This document shows, one piece after another, positions 49,203 through 59,335 of a stretch of 64,000 nucleotides of DNA. Positions within the stretch are counted from its first letter, which is position 1. The number at the start of each line of letters is the position of its first letter. The notes beneath the pieces were generated by a model. The model had not been told where the DNA came from. It saw only the letters and a program-made list of their open reading frames with translations, and did no database searches. The position numbers were made by a program, and so were the translations under genes. The stretch comes from Nitrospinales bacterium. Lineage in GTDB: Bacteria; Nitrospinota; Nitrospinia; Nitrospinales; VA-1. The stretch is from positions 1,536,001-1,600,000 of the forward strand of contig CBDCWG010000012.1 in NCBI GenBank assembly GCA_965223345.1, given 5' to 3'.

Positions 49203-49835
49203 ATGAAATCCTTGTGGAAACATACCAATAAATATCTGTTGGGACTGGTTGTAGTCCTGAGTCTGTTGGTGGGGTTTCAGGCGGCGCTGCTTTACAAGAA
49301 GCCGGAGCCCCTCGTTGAAGTGTCTTCCTCGACGGGCAAGCAGGATGAAACCGTAACTACAAAACACCCGGATGTGTGGGACCCGGACCGTCAGTTTGAA
49401 ACAATGCGGCAGAGGATGGACGCCATCCATGAAAATATGGAAAAAATGCTGGCGCGCCCGTTTTCCGGCTTTGGAAAAGGGTCTGCGAACTGGCAGACGT
49501 TCGCGTTTGAAAATCCTTTTGCCGAGAATCTGCATTTGAAAGACGAAGGAGACCGGTACCGGGCCACGCTGAATATGCCGGGTCTCGACGAGATGAGCGT
49601 GGATGTCAACGTCGAAGAGCAGACCCTGAAAATTTCCGGCACTCTGGATCACACGGAACAAAAAGACCAGAAAGGCGCGCACTTTCAAAGCCGCCATACG
49701 GGACGGTTTGAACGCTCGGTCTCTTTGGCGCAACCGGTGAAACCGGACACGTTGCAGGTTTCGCGTGAAGGAAAAGTCCTCACGATCGAGATCGAAAAGG
49801 AATCGGCTGCTGCTTCCCGGTTCCCCACCGGATGA
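49203..49835 (+). CDS. Hsp20/alpha-crystallin protein with N-terminal membrane anchor
   Basis: N-terminal TM; MPGLD, L.ISG, G.FERSVSL..PV, G.VL.I.I.K. Confidence 0.85.
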   Translation: MKSLWKHTNKYLLGLVVVLSLLVGFQAALLYKKPEPLVEVSSSTGKQDETVTTKHPDVWDPDRQFETMRQRMDAIHENMEKMLARPFSGFGKGSANWQTFAFENPFAENLHLKDEGDRYRATLNMPGLDEMSVDVNVEEQTLKISGTLDHTEQKDQKGAHFQSRHTGRFERSVSLAQPVKPDTLQVSREGKVLTIEIEKESAAASRFPTG

Positions 49836-49855
49836 GGTCTTGAACGTGAGTGGCG

Positions 49856-51631
49856 TCAATGGTGGTGGTAGGCCTGGCTCGCTCCCTGCGGGATGCGGAT
49901 GTCATCGACCAGATCCTGAATGTGGGCGGGCGGCGGCGGGGTGAACCGGCACACGATCAGCGAGGCGGCGAAGTTCAGCACCATGCCCAGAGTGCCGATG
50001 CCTTCCGGCGAGATGCCGAACCACCAGTTCTCCGGCTGGTTGCCCGCCGGATCGATGAACTTGAAATAGACGATGTAGGCGAGGGTGAAGCTGAGTCCTG
50101 TGATCATGCCTGTGATTGCGCCTTCGCGGTTCATGCGCTTGTAAAAAATTCCCATGAGGATGACGGGAAAGAACGAGGAGGCCGCCAGCCCGAAGGCGAA
50201 CGCCACCACCTGAGCCACGAAGCCCGGCGGGTGGATGCCGAACCAGCCCGCGATGCTGACGGCGCAGGCAGCGGACAGGCGCGCGAACATCAACTCCTGC
50301 CTGTCGGTGATTTCCGGCAGGAACACTTTTTTCATCAGGTCGTGCGAGATCGAGGTGGAGATGACGAGCAGCAGCCCCGCCGCCGTCGATAGCGCCGCGG
50401 CCAGCCCTCCCGCCGCGACCAGCGCGATCACCCAGGCCGGCAGGTCGGCGATCTCCGGGTTGGCGAGCACCATGATGTCGCGGTCGATATACAGCTCGTT
50501 GCCGTTGTCGGTGGGCGGGTTGTCGATCAGGCGCTGGCCGTTCTCGCCGCGTCCGCCGTTGAATTCGGGCTTGCCCTCGAACGCGGGTCCGGCGATGTAT
50601 TGAATCTTCCCGTCCGCATTTTTATCCGTCCAGGCGATCAGGCTGGTGTTCTCCCAGTTTTTGAACCATTCGGGGGTGGCCTGGTACTCGGCTTCCTGCA
50701 CGGTGTCGAGCAGGTTCACGCGCGCGAACGCGGCGACGGCCGGGGCGGTGGTGTAGAGGATGGCGATGAACACCAGCGCGTAGCCTGCGGAGATGCGGGC
50801 GTCGCGCACTTTGGGCACCGTGAAAAAACGCACGATGACGTGCGGCAGGCCGGCGGTGCCGATCATCAGCGCCGCGGTGATGAAAAACACATCGACGGTG
50901 GATTTTTTTCCGGCGGTGTAGGCGCCGAAGCCGAGCTGTTCGGACAATCCGTCGAGCTTGTCCAGAAGGTACATGCCCGAGCCGTCCGCAAGCTGGCTGC
51001 CGAAGCCGATCTGCGGGATCGGGTTGTGGGTCATCATGATGGAGATGAAGATCGCCGGCACCATGAACGCGAAGATCAGCACGCAGTACTGCGCCACCTG
51101 GGTGTAGGTGATGCCCTTCATGCCGCCGAGCACCGCATAGAAAAAGATGATGGCCATGCCGATCAGCACGCCGGTGTCGATGTCCACCTGCAGAAAGCGC
51201 GAGAAGACGATGCCCACGCCGCGCATCTGCCCGGCGACGTAGGTGAAGGAGATGAAGATCACGCAGACCACCGCCACCAGCCGGGCGATGTCCGAGTAGT
51301 AGCGGTCGCCGACAAAATCGGGAACGGTGAACTTGCCGAATTTCCTAAGATAGGGCGCGAGCAGCAGCGCCAACAGCACGTAGCCGCCGGTCCAGCCCAT
51401 CAGATAGACCGAGCCGTCGCGGCCGACGAAGGAGATGATGCCAGCCATGGAGATGAACGAGGCCGCCGACATCCAGTCCGCCGCCGTGGCCATGCCGTTG
51501 GCCAGGGGCGAGACGCCGCCGCCGGCGACGTAAAAATCCTCGGTGGACCCGGCGCGCGATTTGATGGCGATGCTGATGTACAGGGCGAAGGTGACGCCGA
51601 CGAAAATGTAGGTCAAGGTCTGGACATCCAT
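49856..51631 (-). CDS. actP: Sodium:solute symporter, ActP-like (VC_2705 subfamily)
   Basis: FYVAG.GV...NGMATAADWMSAASF, GTAGLPHVIVRFFTVP. Confidence 0.85.
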   Translation of the reverse strand: MDVQTLTYIFVGVTFALYISIAIKSRAGSTEDFYVAGGGVSPLANGMATAADWMSAASFISMAGIISFVGRDGSVYLMGWTGGYVLLALLLAPYLRKFGKFTVPDFVGDRYYSDIARLVAVVCVIFISFTYVAGQMRGVGIVFSRFLQVDIDTGVLIGMAIIFFYAVLGGMKGITYTQVAQYCVLIFAFMVPAIFISIMMTHNPIPQIGFGSQLADGSGMYLLDKLDGLSEQLGFGAYTAGKKSTVDVFFITAALMIGTAGLPHVIVRFFTVPKVRDARISAGYALVFIAILYTTAPAVAAFARVNLLDTVQEAEYQATPEWFKNWENTSLIAWTDKNADGKIQYIAGPAFEGKPEFNGGRGENGQRLIDNPPTDNGNELYIDRDIMVLANPEIADLPAWVIALVAAGGLAAALSTAAGLLLVISTSISHDLMKKVFLPEITDRQELMFARLSAACAVSIAGWFGIHPPGFVAQVVAFAFGLAASSFFPVILMGIFYKRMNREGAITGMITGLSFTLAYIVYFKFIDPAGNQPENWWFGISPEGIGTLGMVLNFAASLIVCRFTPPPPAHIQDLVDDIRIPQGASQAYHHH

Positions 51632-51671
51632 CCCGATTCTCTCCCGATGCGTTGCGTGCGTTTGCTGCGGA

Positions 51672-51965
51672 TCAATCCGCGTCGCGGTCTTCGTCCACGC
51701 CGTATTTGTGATCCAGTTTGTTCATTTTGTAGGCGTACACGAAGATGAGCGCCACGAACACGAAGATCGACCCCTGTTGCGCGAACCAGAAACCCAGGTT
51801 AAAACCGAAAAACCGGATCGAATCCAGCTCGTCCGCGAACAGGATGCCCATGCCGTAGGACACCAGAAACCAGATCGCAAGGAGGGACAGCACCGTGCGG
51901 ATGTTTTCCTTCCAGTAGGCCCGGGCCTTCGGACTGTGTGAAACGCCGCTTTTTGTTTCGTTCAT
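51672..51965 (-). CDS. DUF4212 small symporter-associated subunit
   Basis: YW..N, GFWFAQQGSI..F motif; directly upstream of the symporter. Confidence 0.9.
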   Translation of the reverse strand: MNETKSGVSHSPKARAYWKENIRTVLSLLAIWFLVSYGMGILFADELDSIRFFGFNLGFWFAQQGSIFVFVALIFVYAYKMNKLDHKYGVDEDRDAD

Positions 51966-52033
51966 GTTTTGATTTTTTTATGAATCAGAATGCATGCTTC
52001 CGGAGTGAAGCGGGGCGAAGAGCGGGGGTGCCT

Positions 52034-52546
52034 TCAAAACTGCAGCAGAAAATCGTCATCCTGTTCCTCCTTCAGGTATTCGGGCAGTCGGGTTTTGTCG
52101 TCGGTCTGCGCCAGCTGGATCTGGTCGGTGCTCAACCCCGTCGCATCGCTCAGGTTGGCGCCTTTGAGGTTGGTCTGGTTGAACAGCACGTCCTCGTTGA
52201 ACTGCGCGCCGGTCAGATCGGCGTTGGAAAGATCGGCCCCTTGCAGGTTCGATTCGAGCAGCCCCGCGCCTTTGAGGCTGGCGTCTTTGAGATTGGCGCG
52301 TTGCAGGTTGGCCTCCTGCAGCTTGGCTTTGTCGAGCCGCGCCGCCTGCAAATCGGCGCCGCCCAGGTGGGTGAACTGCAGGCGCGTGCCGGTGAGCTTG
52401 GCGTTGTTCAGGTTTGCCTTCTGCAGTTTCTGGCCCCGAAGATCGGCCTGCGAGAGATCCGGCGTGACATCAGGATTGGCTTCCCGCCAGGCGTTCCAGG
52501 CCTCGACGCCCTGCTGGATGTGTTTCAGATGCTCTTCTTCAGCCAT
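52034..52546 (-). CDS. Pentapeptide-repeat protein
   Basis: GVEAWNAWR then A(D/N)Lxx repeats. Confidence 0.93.
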   Translation of the reverse strand: MAEEEHLKHIQQGVEAWNAWREANPDVTPDLSQADLRGQKLQKANLNNAKLTGTRLQFTHLGGADLQAARLDKAKLQEANLQRANLKDASLKGAGLLESNLQGADLSNADLTGAQFNEDVLFNQTNLKGANLSDATGLSTDQIQLAQTDDKTRLPEYLKEEQDDDFLLQF

Positions 52547-52597
52547 GTATGCGACCTCGTTTGATTGCGATATTCTGTTCGTTGGCGATGGGGAGGG

Positions 52598-53704
52598 TCA
52601 CTTCACGCTTTGCGGGACCGATGCTGCTTTCGGGGCTTCGGTGAAATTGTACGCGAAGCAGCCGCTGGAGCAGCGCACCATGTAGTGCGGGCAGCTCCTG
52701 CAGGGTTCCTTGGCCTGGGTGTCTTCGAACACGTGGCTCAAAAAACGCGTGTGCATCTTTTTGATGGAAAGCTCGTTGACCTGATCGAAGTCGCGCACGT
52801 TGCCCATCTTGAAATTGTGGAACGGAAAACAGTTGAAGCAGTCGCCGTTGGCGTCGATGTCCATCGGGCTGTCGTCGGCGCAGCCGAAATAAAAATCCTT
52901 GTCCTTCCACTCGCGCATGTCGGGGACGGACTGGCTGCCGTGATAGAGAAACCGCTCGACCAGCGGGTATTCCTCCTCTTCGATCTCATCCAGCAGGCAG
53001 GGCGGAAACGAGCAGTCGAAACGGAAGCTCATCTGCGGAAATTCGTTGAGCAGGTCGAGCATCATGCGGCCCATTTTGGGGTAGTCGCGGATCGGCAGGG
53101 CGACGTTGTCCTGCTCGCCGACGATGGGAAACGCCGGGCTGACCCGGATTTTGTAGCGCTGCCCCGGCGGCAGGCCCATGTCCTGGTAGATCTCGTCGAT
53201 TTCCCGGCATTGCGTGTAGAGGTCCTGCTGGATCGAATACAGGTTGAGGCTGAACATCAGGCTGAAGCCGTTTTTGCCGATGATCGCCTCGGCCACCTCG
53301 CGGCAGCGGGCGTGGTTTTTTTCGCTGATGTTTTCCATGGTCTGCCAGTTCAACAGCACGGTGAAGGTGACCTGGCGGTCCAGCGCGCCTTTGGGATCGA
53401 CGGTGTCCAGCAGCAACTCCAGCGCCTTGTCCGGCATCAGCCCGTTGGTGAAAATCCCCAGATAGGTGAACGGCTGCATGTTCTCCAGGGTGCGGGTGAA
53501 AATTTCCGTGAAACGCGGATGCAACGTCGGTTCGCCGCCCATGAAGTTGATCAGGGTGGCGCTTTTGATCCGCGGCAGCAGCTCGTTGGTGAAAAAATCG
53601 AAATCCATGGATTTTCCCGGCGTCTTGACGGTCTCTTCCATGTATTCGTCCGCAAAGCAGTAATTGCATTTGAGATTGCAATAGCTGTTGAGAATGATGT
53701 TCAT
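52598..53704 (-). CDS. Radical SAM enzyme with C-terminal SPASM-type domain
   Basis: CNLKCNYC, GGEPTLHP; GC...ID.NG.C..C and C..C.....C..GC. Confidence 0.9.
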   Translation of the reverse strand: MNIILNSYCNLKCNYCFADEYMEETVKTPGKSMDFDFFTNELLPRIKSATLINFMGGEPTLHPRFTEIFTRTLENMQPFTYLGIFTNGLMPDKALELLLDTVDPKGALDRQVTFTVLLNWQTMENISEKNHARCREVAEAIIGKNGFSLMFSLNLYSIQQDLYTQCREIDEIYQDMGLPPGQRYKIRVSPAFPIVGEQDNVALPIRDYPKMGRMMLDLLNEFPQMSFRFDCSFPPCLLDEIEEEEYPLVERFLYHGSQSVPDMREWKDKDFYFGCADDSPMDIDANGDCFNCFPFHNFKMGNVRDFDQVNELSIKKMHTRFLSHVFEDTQAKEPCRSCPHYMVRCSSGCFAYNFTEAPKAASVPQSVK

Positions 53705-54042
53705 GGCCTTCCTCCCTTCAGGAGGCGGGGGTGCGCTGTCGGCGTCGCAAGCCTGGCTGCGGAGCCCGGATCCGGGGTTGATATTGCGTGCGCCCCGGGT
53801 TTGCGTCGGAGCGGCACCCTGGGGGATGGATTTCTTGTTTCAATAATATAGGCAATTCCCGGTAAAAGGGGTGATTTTTTCCTGCAAGGGTCCGAAAACC
53901 CACCGCTTTCGGCATGAGGAATCGCACCCTGGCCTTCGATTTGCCGGTGTGCCCCGAGCTTGACTTGTCGCAGGAATTTCAATAACCTTAAACCAATCCC
54001 CGAGCCGGTCCTCAAGGACCGAATCCCTATGACGAGGCCACC

Positions 54043-54921
54043 ATGTTAGCGTTCGCGAAAGACATCACCCAAAACAAGCCGAAACACCCCGAAGAGGACA
54101 AAAACGACGAACTGAAGCAATACATGGAATACCAGCGCAAGCTGGATCACGAGCGCCTCGTGTACCATTCGCTGGATCACGCCAAAACCTACCTGCACGA
54201 GAACATCCAGAAGTGCGCCGGGGATACGGAGAAACTGAACGCCTATCTGAAAAAGGCGTTCCCGATTTCCCACCGTTTCGCGGACGGCGACGGGCTGATG
54301 CTGATGCTCCGAAAACTGGTGAACGGGCACAACTCCACCAACAACTGGTACCGCATGAACAGCTACTACCACGCGGTGGTGTACGACTGCATGCAGCGCT
54401 TCGTGAAGATCTACAACCGCCTGCTCAAGGAGTATCCGGAGAAAGCGAAGGAGTACCGGGTGTCCGAGGGCGTGGAGGTGGATTTCGACGACTGGGTGTT
54501 CCTCTATTTTCCCGACCTGGATTTTCACATCGGTAAGCCGCTGGAATACACGCATTATCCCTTCGCCAAGCGCAACAAGGCCATCGAGGAAGAGGTGGAC
54601 AAGGAAGTGGCCGCCGGCAAATCCCGCGAGGAGGCCTTGAACGCCATCAAAGAGGACTACGAGATCGACGAAATGTCGATCAAGGCGCTGCTCAACAAAC
54701 CGATCACCCAGAAGGACCTCGAATTGTTCTACACCTCGGTGGAAAACCCGATCTACGAATACCTGATGCCCAAGCAGGAAGGGCGCTGGGGCTTCATGGA
54801 CGGAGAATCCCTGCTCGATCATTCCTACTACATGGGCTCGCAGCTCAAAGTCTGGGTCTGGAGAAAGCGCGAAGAGGCTGAAGCGCTGATGGAAGAGATC
54901 ACCAAAGCCCAGAATAAATAA
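54043..54921 (+). CDS. Hypothetical cytoplasmic protein (292 aa)
   Basis: Strong GC3 codon bias, GAGG RBS; no motif recognised. Confidence 0.8.
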   Translation: MLAFAKDITQNKPKHPEEDKNDELKQYMEYQRKLDHERLVYHSLDHAKTYLHENIQKCAGDTEKLNAYLKKAFPISHRFADGDGLMLMLRKLVNGHNSTNNWYRMNSYYHAVVYDCMQRFVKIYNRLLKEYPEKAKEYRVSEGVEVDFDDWVFLYFPDLDFHIGKPLEYTHYPFAKRNKAIEEEVDKEVAAGKSREEALNAIKEDYEIDEMSIKALLNKPITQKDLELFYTSVENPIYEYLMPKQEGRWGFMDGESLLDHSYYMGSQLKVWVWRKREEAEALMEEITKAQNK

Positions 54922-55141
54922 GGCCTTACCCCGCTTCTCCCTGTTCTTTCTGCTCCCCCTGCGTTTCGTCGTATTTCTACTACAAAAATACTGAGAGTCG
55001 GCCAGCCTTCTTTGGCATTCCCCGCGATATTTTTTTGCCTTCCCAGGGGCTATTTTGGAGTTGTCATTGAGAATGAATGCAACAGCGACAACTCGAACGG
55101 ACCATTTCAAAAAATTTCTACCGACAGCGAAGGAGAAAACC

Positions 55142-55537
55142 ATGAGTTTTGGAAAGATCATGATTGTGGACGACGAACAGGAGGTCCGGGAGGCCCTCAA
55201 ATTGAACCTCGAGGGTCAGAACTACCATTTTGTCGAAGCCGAAAACGGCGAAGAAGCCGTGCAGAAGCTGAAATCCGAGGACAATCTGGTGAACGTGGGC
55301 CTGATTCTGTGCGACATCAACATGCCGAAAGTGGATGGCGTGGGCTGCATTCAGTACATCCGCAAAGAGGCGCCGGGGATCCCGATCGTGGTTGTTTCCG
55401 GAAACGACAACACGCAGCAAGCCGTGTCTCTCATGCAAATGGGAGTGAAGGAATATCTGAAAAAGCCGGTGGAACGGGAGAACCTGCGTAGCACGGTTCA
55501 CAAGTACGTCTCGGCCGGCAAGGACATCGGTCTTTAA
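55142..55537 (+). CDS. Stand-alone receiver-domain protein
   Basis: IMIVDDE, CDINMPKVDG, KP; AAGGAG RBS. Confidence 0.92.
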   Translation: MSFGKIMIVDDEQEVREALKLNLEGQNYHFVEAENGEEAVQKLKSEDNLVNVGLILCDINMPKVDGVGCIQYIRKEAPGIPIVVVSGNDNTQQAVSLMQMGVKEYLKKPVERENLRSTVHKYVSAGKDIGL

Positions 55538-55653
55538 CGGAATGGCAGGGCCCGCCGATTCCGGTTCTCTAAATAAATCCCGGCGGATCTGTTGAGATAA
55601 GGAATTGGCGGGTTCTTGCCGGAAGCAAACATTCTACAGAAAAGGAGGGCAAC

Positions 55654-56049
55654 ATGGAAAAGGGAAAAATCATGATCGTCGATGACGAGCGCGAATCGAG
55701 AGAAGCCATGAAGCTGCATCTGCTGCAGGATCACTACAACATCGTGGAGGCCGAAGACGGCGCCGACGCGGTGCGGAAGCTGGAATCCGGCGACAACCTG
55801 GTGAACCTGGGTTTGATCCTGTGCGACATCAACATGCCGAAGGTGAACGGACTGGAGTGCATGCACTACATCCGCGAAAACGCGCCCGGCATTCCCATCG
55901 TCGCCATCACCGGCCATCCGGATACGGGCATGGCCACGGATTTGATGACGCACGGAATCAAGGATTATTTGATCAAACCGATCGATCGGGAAAAACTGCG
56001 CAGCACGGTGAAAAAGCTCGTGAACGCAGGCAAGGACATCGACTATTGA
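55654..56049 (+). CDS. Stand-alone receiver-domain protein (tandem paralog)
   Basis: IMIVDDE, CDINMPKVNG, KP; AAGGAGG RBS. Confidence 0.92.
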   Translation: MEKGKIMIVDDERESREAMKLHLLQDHYNIVEAEDGADAVRKLESGDNLVNLGLILCDINMPKVNGLECMHYIRENAPGIPIVAITGHPDTGMATDLMTHGIKDYLIKPIDREKLRSTVKKLVNAGKDIDY

Positions 56050-56059
56050 GGCTCCGCGG

Positions 56060-56094
56060 CCGCCCCGGTTTTCGCTTGCGAAAAACCGGGGCGG
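56060..56094. terminator. GC-rich hairpin after receiver pair
   Basis: CCGCCCCGGTTTTCGC-TT-GCGAAAAACCGGGGCGG; no U-tract. Confidence 0.45.
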
Positions 56095-56178
56095 ATGAGG
56101 TGCGGACACCTCAACTGCGGATTAAATTATTAGTGGAACCATTATTAATGGAACCTTAACTCGGGAGGCTTGAGAGCC

Positions 56179-56397
56179 ATGAAATGCAACGTTGGAAAAA
56201 CAGATCGGATTTTCAGAGTGGTTGCCGGCGTGTTGTTGATCGGCGCCGGATTTGTCACGGGGGGTACGGCGGGTTGGGTCATGGGTATCGTCGGCCTGGT
56301 TCCCCTGTTTACGGGAATGGTCGGCTACTGCCCGGCGTACTCCCTGTTTAAGATCGACTCCTGCAAAGGCCGGGGCACGCCCCTGCATCATTCTTAA
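56179..56397 (+). CDS. DUF2892 (YgaP-like) small membrane protein
   Basis: NVG..DR..R...G and TG..G.CP.Y motifs. Confidence 0.9.
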   Translation: MKCNVGKTDRIFRVVAGVLLIGAGFVTGGTAGWVMGIVGLVPLFTGMVGYCPAYSLFKIDSCKGRGTPLHHS

Positions 56398-56406
56398 GGA
56401 GCGGTC

Positions 56407-57693
56407 ATGAACCGGAACGTATCCGAAGACAAGCAGCATTTTTTTGAGGAAGCGGAAAAGGAAATCCGCCGCCGGACTGAGGAATACAAGGTCCTGCACG
56501 AGGTGGCCAAGATCCTGCACAACGCGGACGGTCTGGAGCCCATGCTGAAGAAGGTGATGATCGCCTTGACCCGGTTCAAGGAGCTGGAAGTGGAGTACAA
56601 GGCGGGCATCTTCCTGGCGGACGAGGACAAAAAAGTGCTGCGGTTGTTCTGCACGGTGGGGGATTTCACAGAGGAGTTTTTGGAGAAAGAGCGTGAAATC
56701 CCCTACGGCGCCTGTTTGTGCGGCCGGGCCGCGGTCTCGGGAGAGATGCTGATCAGCAACAGCTGCTTCAAGGACCAGCGGCACGAGCACAAATTCGACG
56801 GCATGACGGAACACGGGCATTACATCGTACCGCTCAAAAGCCAGAACAAGATGGTGGGCGTGCTGTTTTTGTACACGGACGAGAACCCGCCCTGGTATGT
56901 GCGCAGCGAGGAAATCCTGCTTTCGATCGGAGGGCTGATCGGCGACGCCGTCGTCTCCAAACAGCGGCAGCAGGAAATCCATGAAAAAAATGAAAAGCTT
57001 AAGGAACTCAACGAAACGAAGAACCGGTTTCTGGGCATCGCCTCGCACGATCTGCGCAATCCGCTTTATCTGATCCGTTCGTTCAGCGAAGTCATGATGG
57101 ACGGGACGGTCGGTGAGGTCACCGAAAAACAGAAGGAGCTTCTGGGGAAGATTTTCAACGCCAGCAATTTCATGCGCGGTCTGTTGAACAACCTTCTGGA
57201 TATCTCCAAGATCGAAAGCGGCAAGATCGACCTGGACAAAAAAGTTCAGGATCTCAACCAAACGGCGAAGCAGCAGATCGAACTCAACCGGCTGCTGGCC
57301 GACAAAAAGCAGATCACGATCGAAGCCCGGCTCGGGGAAGTGCCGCCGGTTGCCTACGACCAGGATGCGATCACGCAGGTCATGGGCAATTTCATCGGCA
57401 ATGCGGTCAAATTTTCTCCGCCGCAGTCGAAGATCCAGGTGATCACGAACCATTGCAAGGATCACATCCGGTTTTCAGTGGTCGATGAAGGCCCGGGACT
57501 TTCCGAGGAAGATCAGAAACTGCTGTTCAAGGAGTTTCAGACTCTGAGCACCAAACCGACCGGCGGCGAGAAATCGACCGGCCTGGGGCTGGCCATCACC
57601 AAAAAGCTGATTCATCTGCACGCCGGTGAGGTGGGAGCGGTCAGCGAGCTGGGGAAGGGCAGCGAGTTTTATTTCACCCTGCCTTTGAATTGA
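56407..57693 (+). CDS. GAF-domain sensor histidine kinase
   Basis: GAF (CLCG..A, H.IVPL....VGVL.LY); SHDLRNP, NAVKFS, DEGPG, GLGLAI. Confidence 0.93.
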   Translation: MNRNVSEDKQHFFEEAEKEIRRRTEEYKVLHEVAKILHNADGLEPMLKKVMIALTRFKELEVEYKAGIFLADEDKKVLRLFCTVGDFTEEFLEKEREIPYGACLCGRAAVSGEMLISNSCFKDQRHEHKFDGMTEHGHYIVPLKSQNKMVGVLFLYTDENPPWYVRSEEILLSIGGLIGDAVVSKQRQQEIHEKNEKLKELNETKNRFLGIASHDLRNPLYLIRSFSEVMMDGTVGEVTEKQKELLGKIFNASNFMRGLLNNLLDISKIESGKIDLDKKVQDLNQTAKQQIELNRLLADKKQITIEARLGEVPPVAYDQDAITQVMGNFIGNAVKFSPPQSKIQVITNHCKDHIRFSVVDEGPGLSEEDQKLLFKEFQTLSTKPTGGEKSTGLGLAITKKLIHLHAGEVGAVSELGKGSEFYFTLPLN

Positions 57694-57739
57694 AGCGAAC
57701 CTCGAGGGAGGAAAAACCATTCAACTCTTGGAGGGAACG

Positions 57740-58315
57740 ATGCATCGATCGCAAGCAGCAAGGTATTTCGGAGGTTTTTTCCTGTTCATCGCCGTCGGCC
57801 TGACGGCCGGGGCCGCCCAGGCGGAACCGGTCATGGCGACCGCCGACATCACGGGGTGTACGGACAAAAACATCCAGGGGACCGGAACCCTGATCGAGAG
57901 GGAATCCGCAGAAGGCATCAAGGAAGTGGACGTGTCTCTGATCGTGAAGGGACTCACGGACGGAAAGCACGCGGTGCACATCCATGAGACCGCCGCCTGC
58001 GAGCCCTGCGGCGCCGCCAAGGGGCACCACGATCCCGGACCCAACAGCAACTCCAAGCCGGACGCTCCCAGCTTCAACCATCCTTACCACATGGGAGATC
58101 TGGTGAACATGGAGGTCAAGGACGGACTCGGTGTGATGACCACGACGACCAACCGCATCACGCTTTCAGATGGACGGCTCAGCATCTTCGATGGGGACGG
58201 CGCGTCTTTCATCATCCACACGAATGAAGACAAATACTGCGATGAGGAAGGAGAACTGCAAAAAGGCTGCGCGGGCGGGTCCCGCGATGCCTGCGGCATC
58301 ATAAAACGGCGCTGA
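57740..58315 (+). CDS. sodC: Periplasmic Cu/Zn superoxide dismutase
   Basis: Signal peptide; HAVHIHE, GHHDP, HMGDL.N, IIH..ED, R.ACGII. Confidence 0.9.
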   Translation: MHRSQAARYFGGFFLFIAVGLTAGAAQAEPVMATADITGCTDKNIQGTGTLIERESAEGIKEVDVSLIVKGLTDGKHAVHIHETAACEPCGAAKGHHDPGPNSNSKPDAPSFNHPYHMGDLVNMEVKDGLGVMTTTTNRITLSDGRLSIFDGDGASFIIHTNEDKYCDEEGELQKGCAGGSRDACGIIKRR

Positions 58316-58361
58316 TTTCCCGTCTGCTTCACCCCCGAGGGGCAGACGGGAATTCGCAGGG

Positions 58362-58396
58362 GGCCCGTGGAATCTGTTCCACGGGCCTTTTTTTTT
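58362..58396 (+). terminator. Rho-independent terminator
   Basis: GGCCCGTGGAA-TCTG-TTCCACGGGCC followed by T9. Confidence 0.85.
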
Positions 58397-58717
58397 GTTT
58401 TATGCCGGGCCGTTTTCAGTCGGAGTCTCGACCGGATTGCCTGCAGAACACGGTTTGTCAACGGTTTTGCGGTTGCTGTTCGATGCCTTTGGCCCGGCAC
58501 AAACGACCGGCTCGGGTTGATTTTTATCTTTCCGGTGCGTGTGTCTGCCGATCGGTGTTATTGGGTGTCCGGTTTTTTGTTCGGGCAAGTGATAGAGAAA
58601 AAAAGAAATAGCGCAAATGGAGTGAATTGCGGGTTGAAAATCGTCCGGCAATATTTCACACTAGTCGCTTCCGTTCACGCATCGTGGTGTCAAAACCGGA
58701 CCCAGTAGACCATCGTT

Positions 58718-59335
58718 ATGGACTCAGACCTTTTTATCGTTGGCGTCGGAGTGCTTTTGGCGCTCATTTTGTTTCTGGGCTATTCCCGCTCGGATTGGAG
58801 AAACGAGACGAAGCGGGTGAACTTCCGCTATTCGCTGCTGCCTCCCGAGGAAAAACTGATCTACCTGGCCGAGCACGAGATGGACATCAGCGAGATGAAC
58901 CGGCTCGTCAAAGTGGCGCGGGGAAATTATCAGAGCGCCACGGACGGGATTTCCCCGATCATGGCGACGGTGCGCAAACTGCCGGGCCGGAAGGACGTGT
59001 CTCCGCTTCGGCGTTTGAAAATCCTGTGCAAGCTCGCACAAAGGATGCCTGAGGACCAACTGCGCGACGCGCTGAACCTGCAGGATCACCGCGGCTACAC
59101 AGCTCTCATGCACGCTGTGGAAAGCTCGGACGAAGAGGGTGTGCGCCTGCTTCTGTACCTGGGAGCGGATAAAACGATAAAAAACAACAAGGGGGAGACG
59201 GCGTCCACGATCGCCCGGTCGCACCCCGCCATTTCCGAGCTGATGACGCTGGACGAGGGCGAGGGCCGGCCCGACATCCTCGACCCCAAACTCGCCAAGT
59301 TGTTGAAATCCTTCAAAGGCAGCCTCACAAACTGA
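58718..59335 (+). CDS. Membrane-anchored ankyrin-repeat protein
   Basis: N-terminal TM; G.TALMHA......V.LLL..GAD.....N.G.TA. Confidence 0.85.
   Translation: MDSDLFIVGVGVLLALILFLGYSRSDWRNETKRVNFRYSLLPPEEKLIYLAEHEMDISEMNRLVKVARGNYQSATDGISPIMATVRKLPGRKDVSPLRRLKILCKLAQRMPEDQLRDALNLQDHRGYTALMHAVESSDEEGVRLLLYLGADKTIKNNKGETASTIARSHPAISELMTLDEGEGRPDILDPKLAKLLKSFKGSLTN

Noticed and set aside
52100..52460. 15-bp periodicity as a DNA tandem repeat
   Set aside because: Explained by the pentapeptide-repeat protein.
53701..54015. Short ORFs upstream of the radical SAM gene as precursor peptides
   Set aside because: No clear RBS or precursor-like composition; the region looks like a divergent promoter.
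55606..55620. Possible sigma54 site TGGCGGGTTCTTGC
   Set aside because: Spacing is GG-N9-GC, not the required N10. Candidates near 5873 and 53921 failed likewise.
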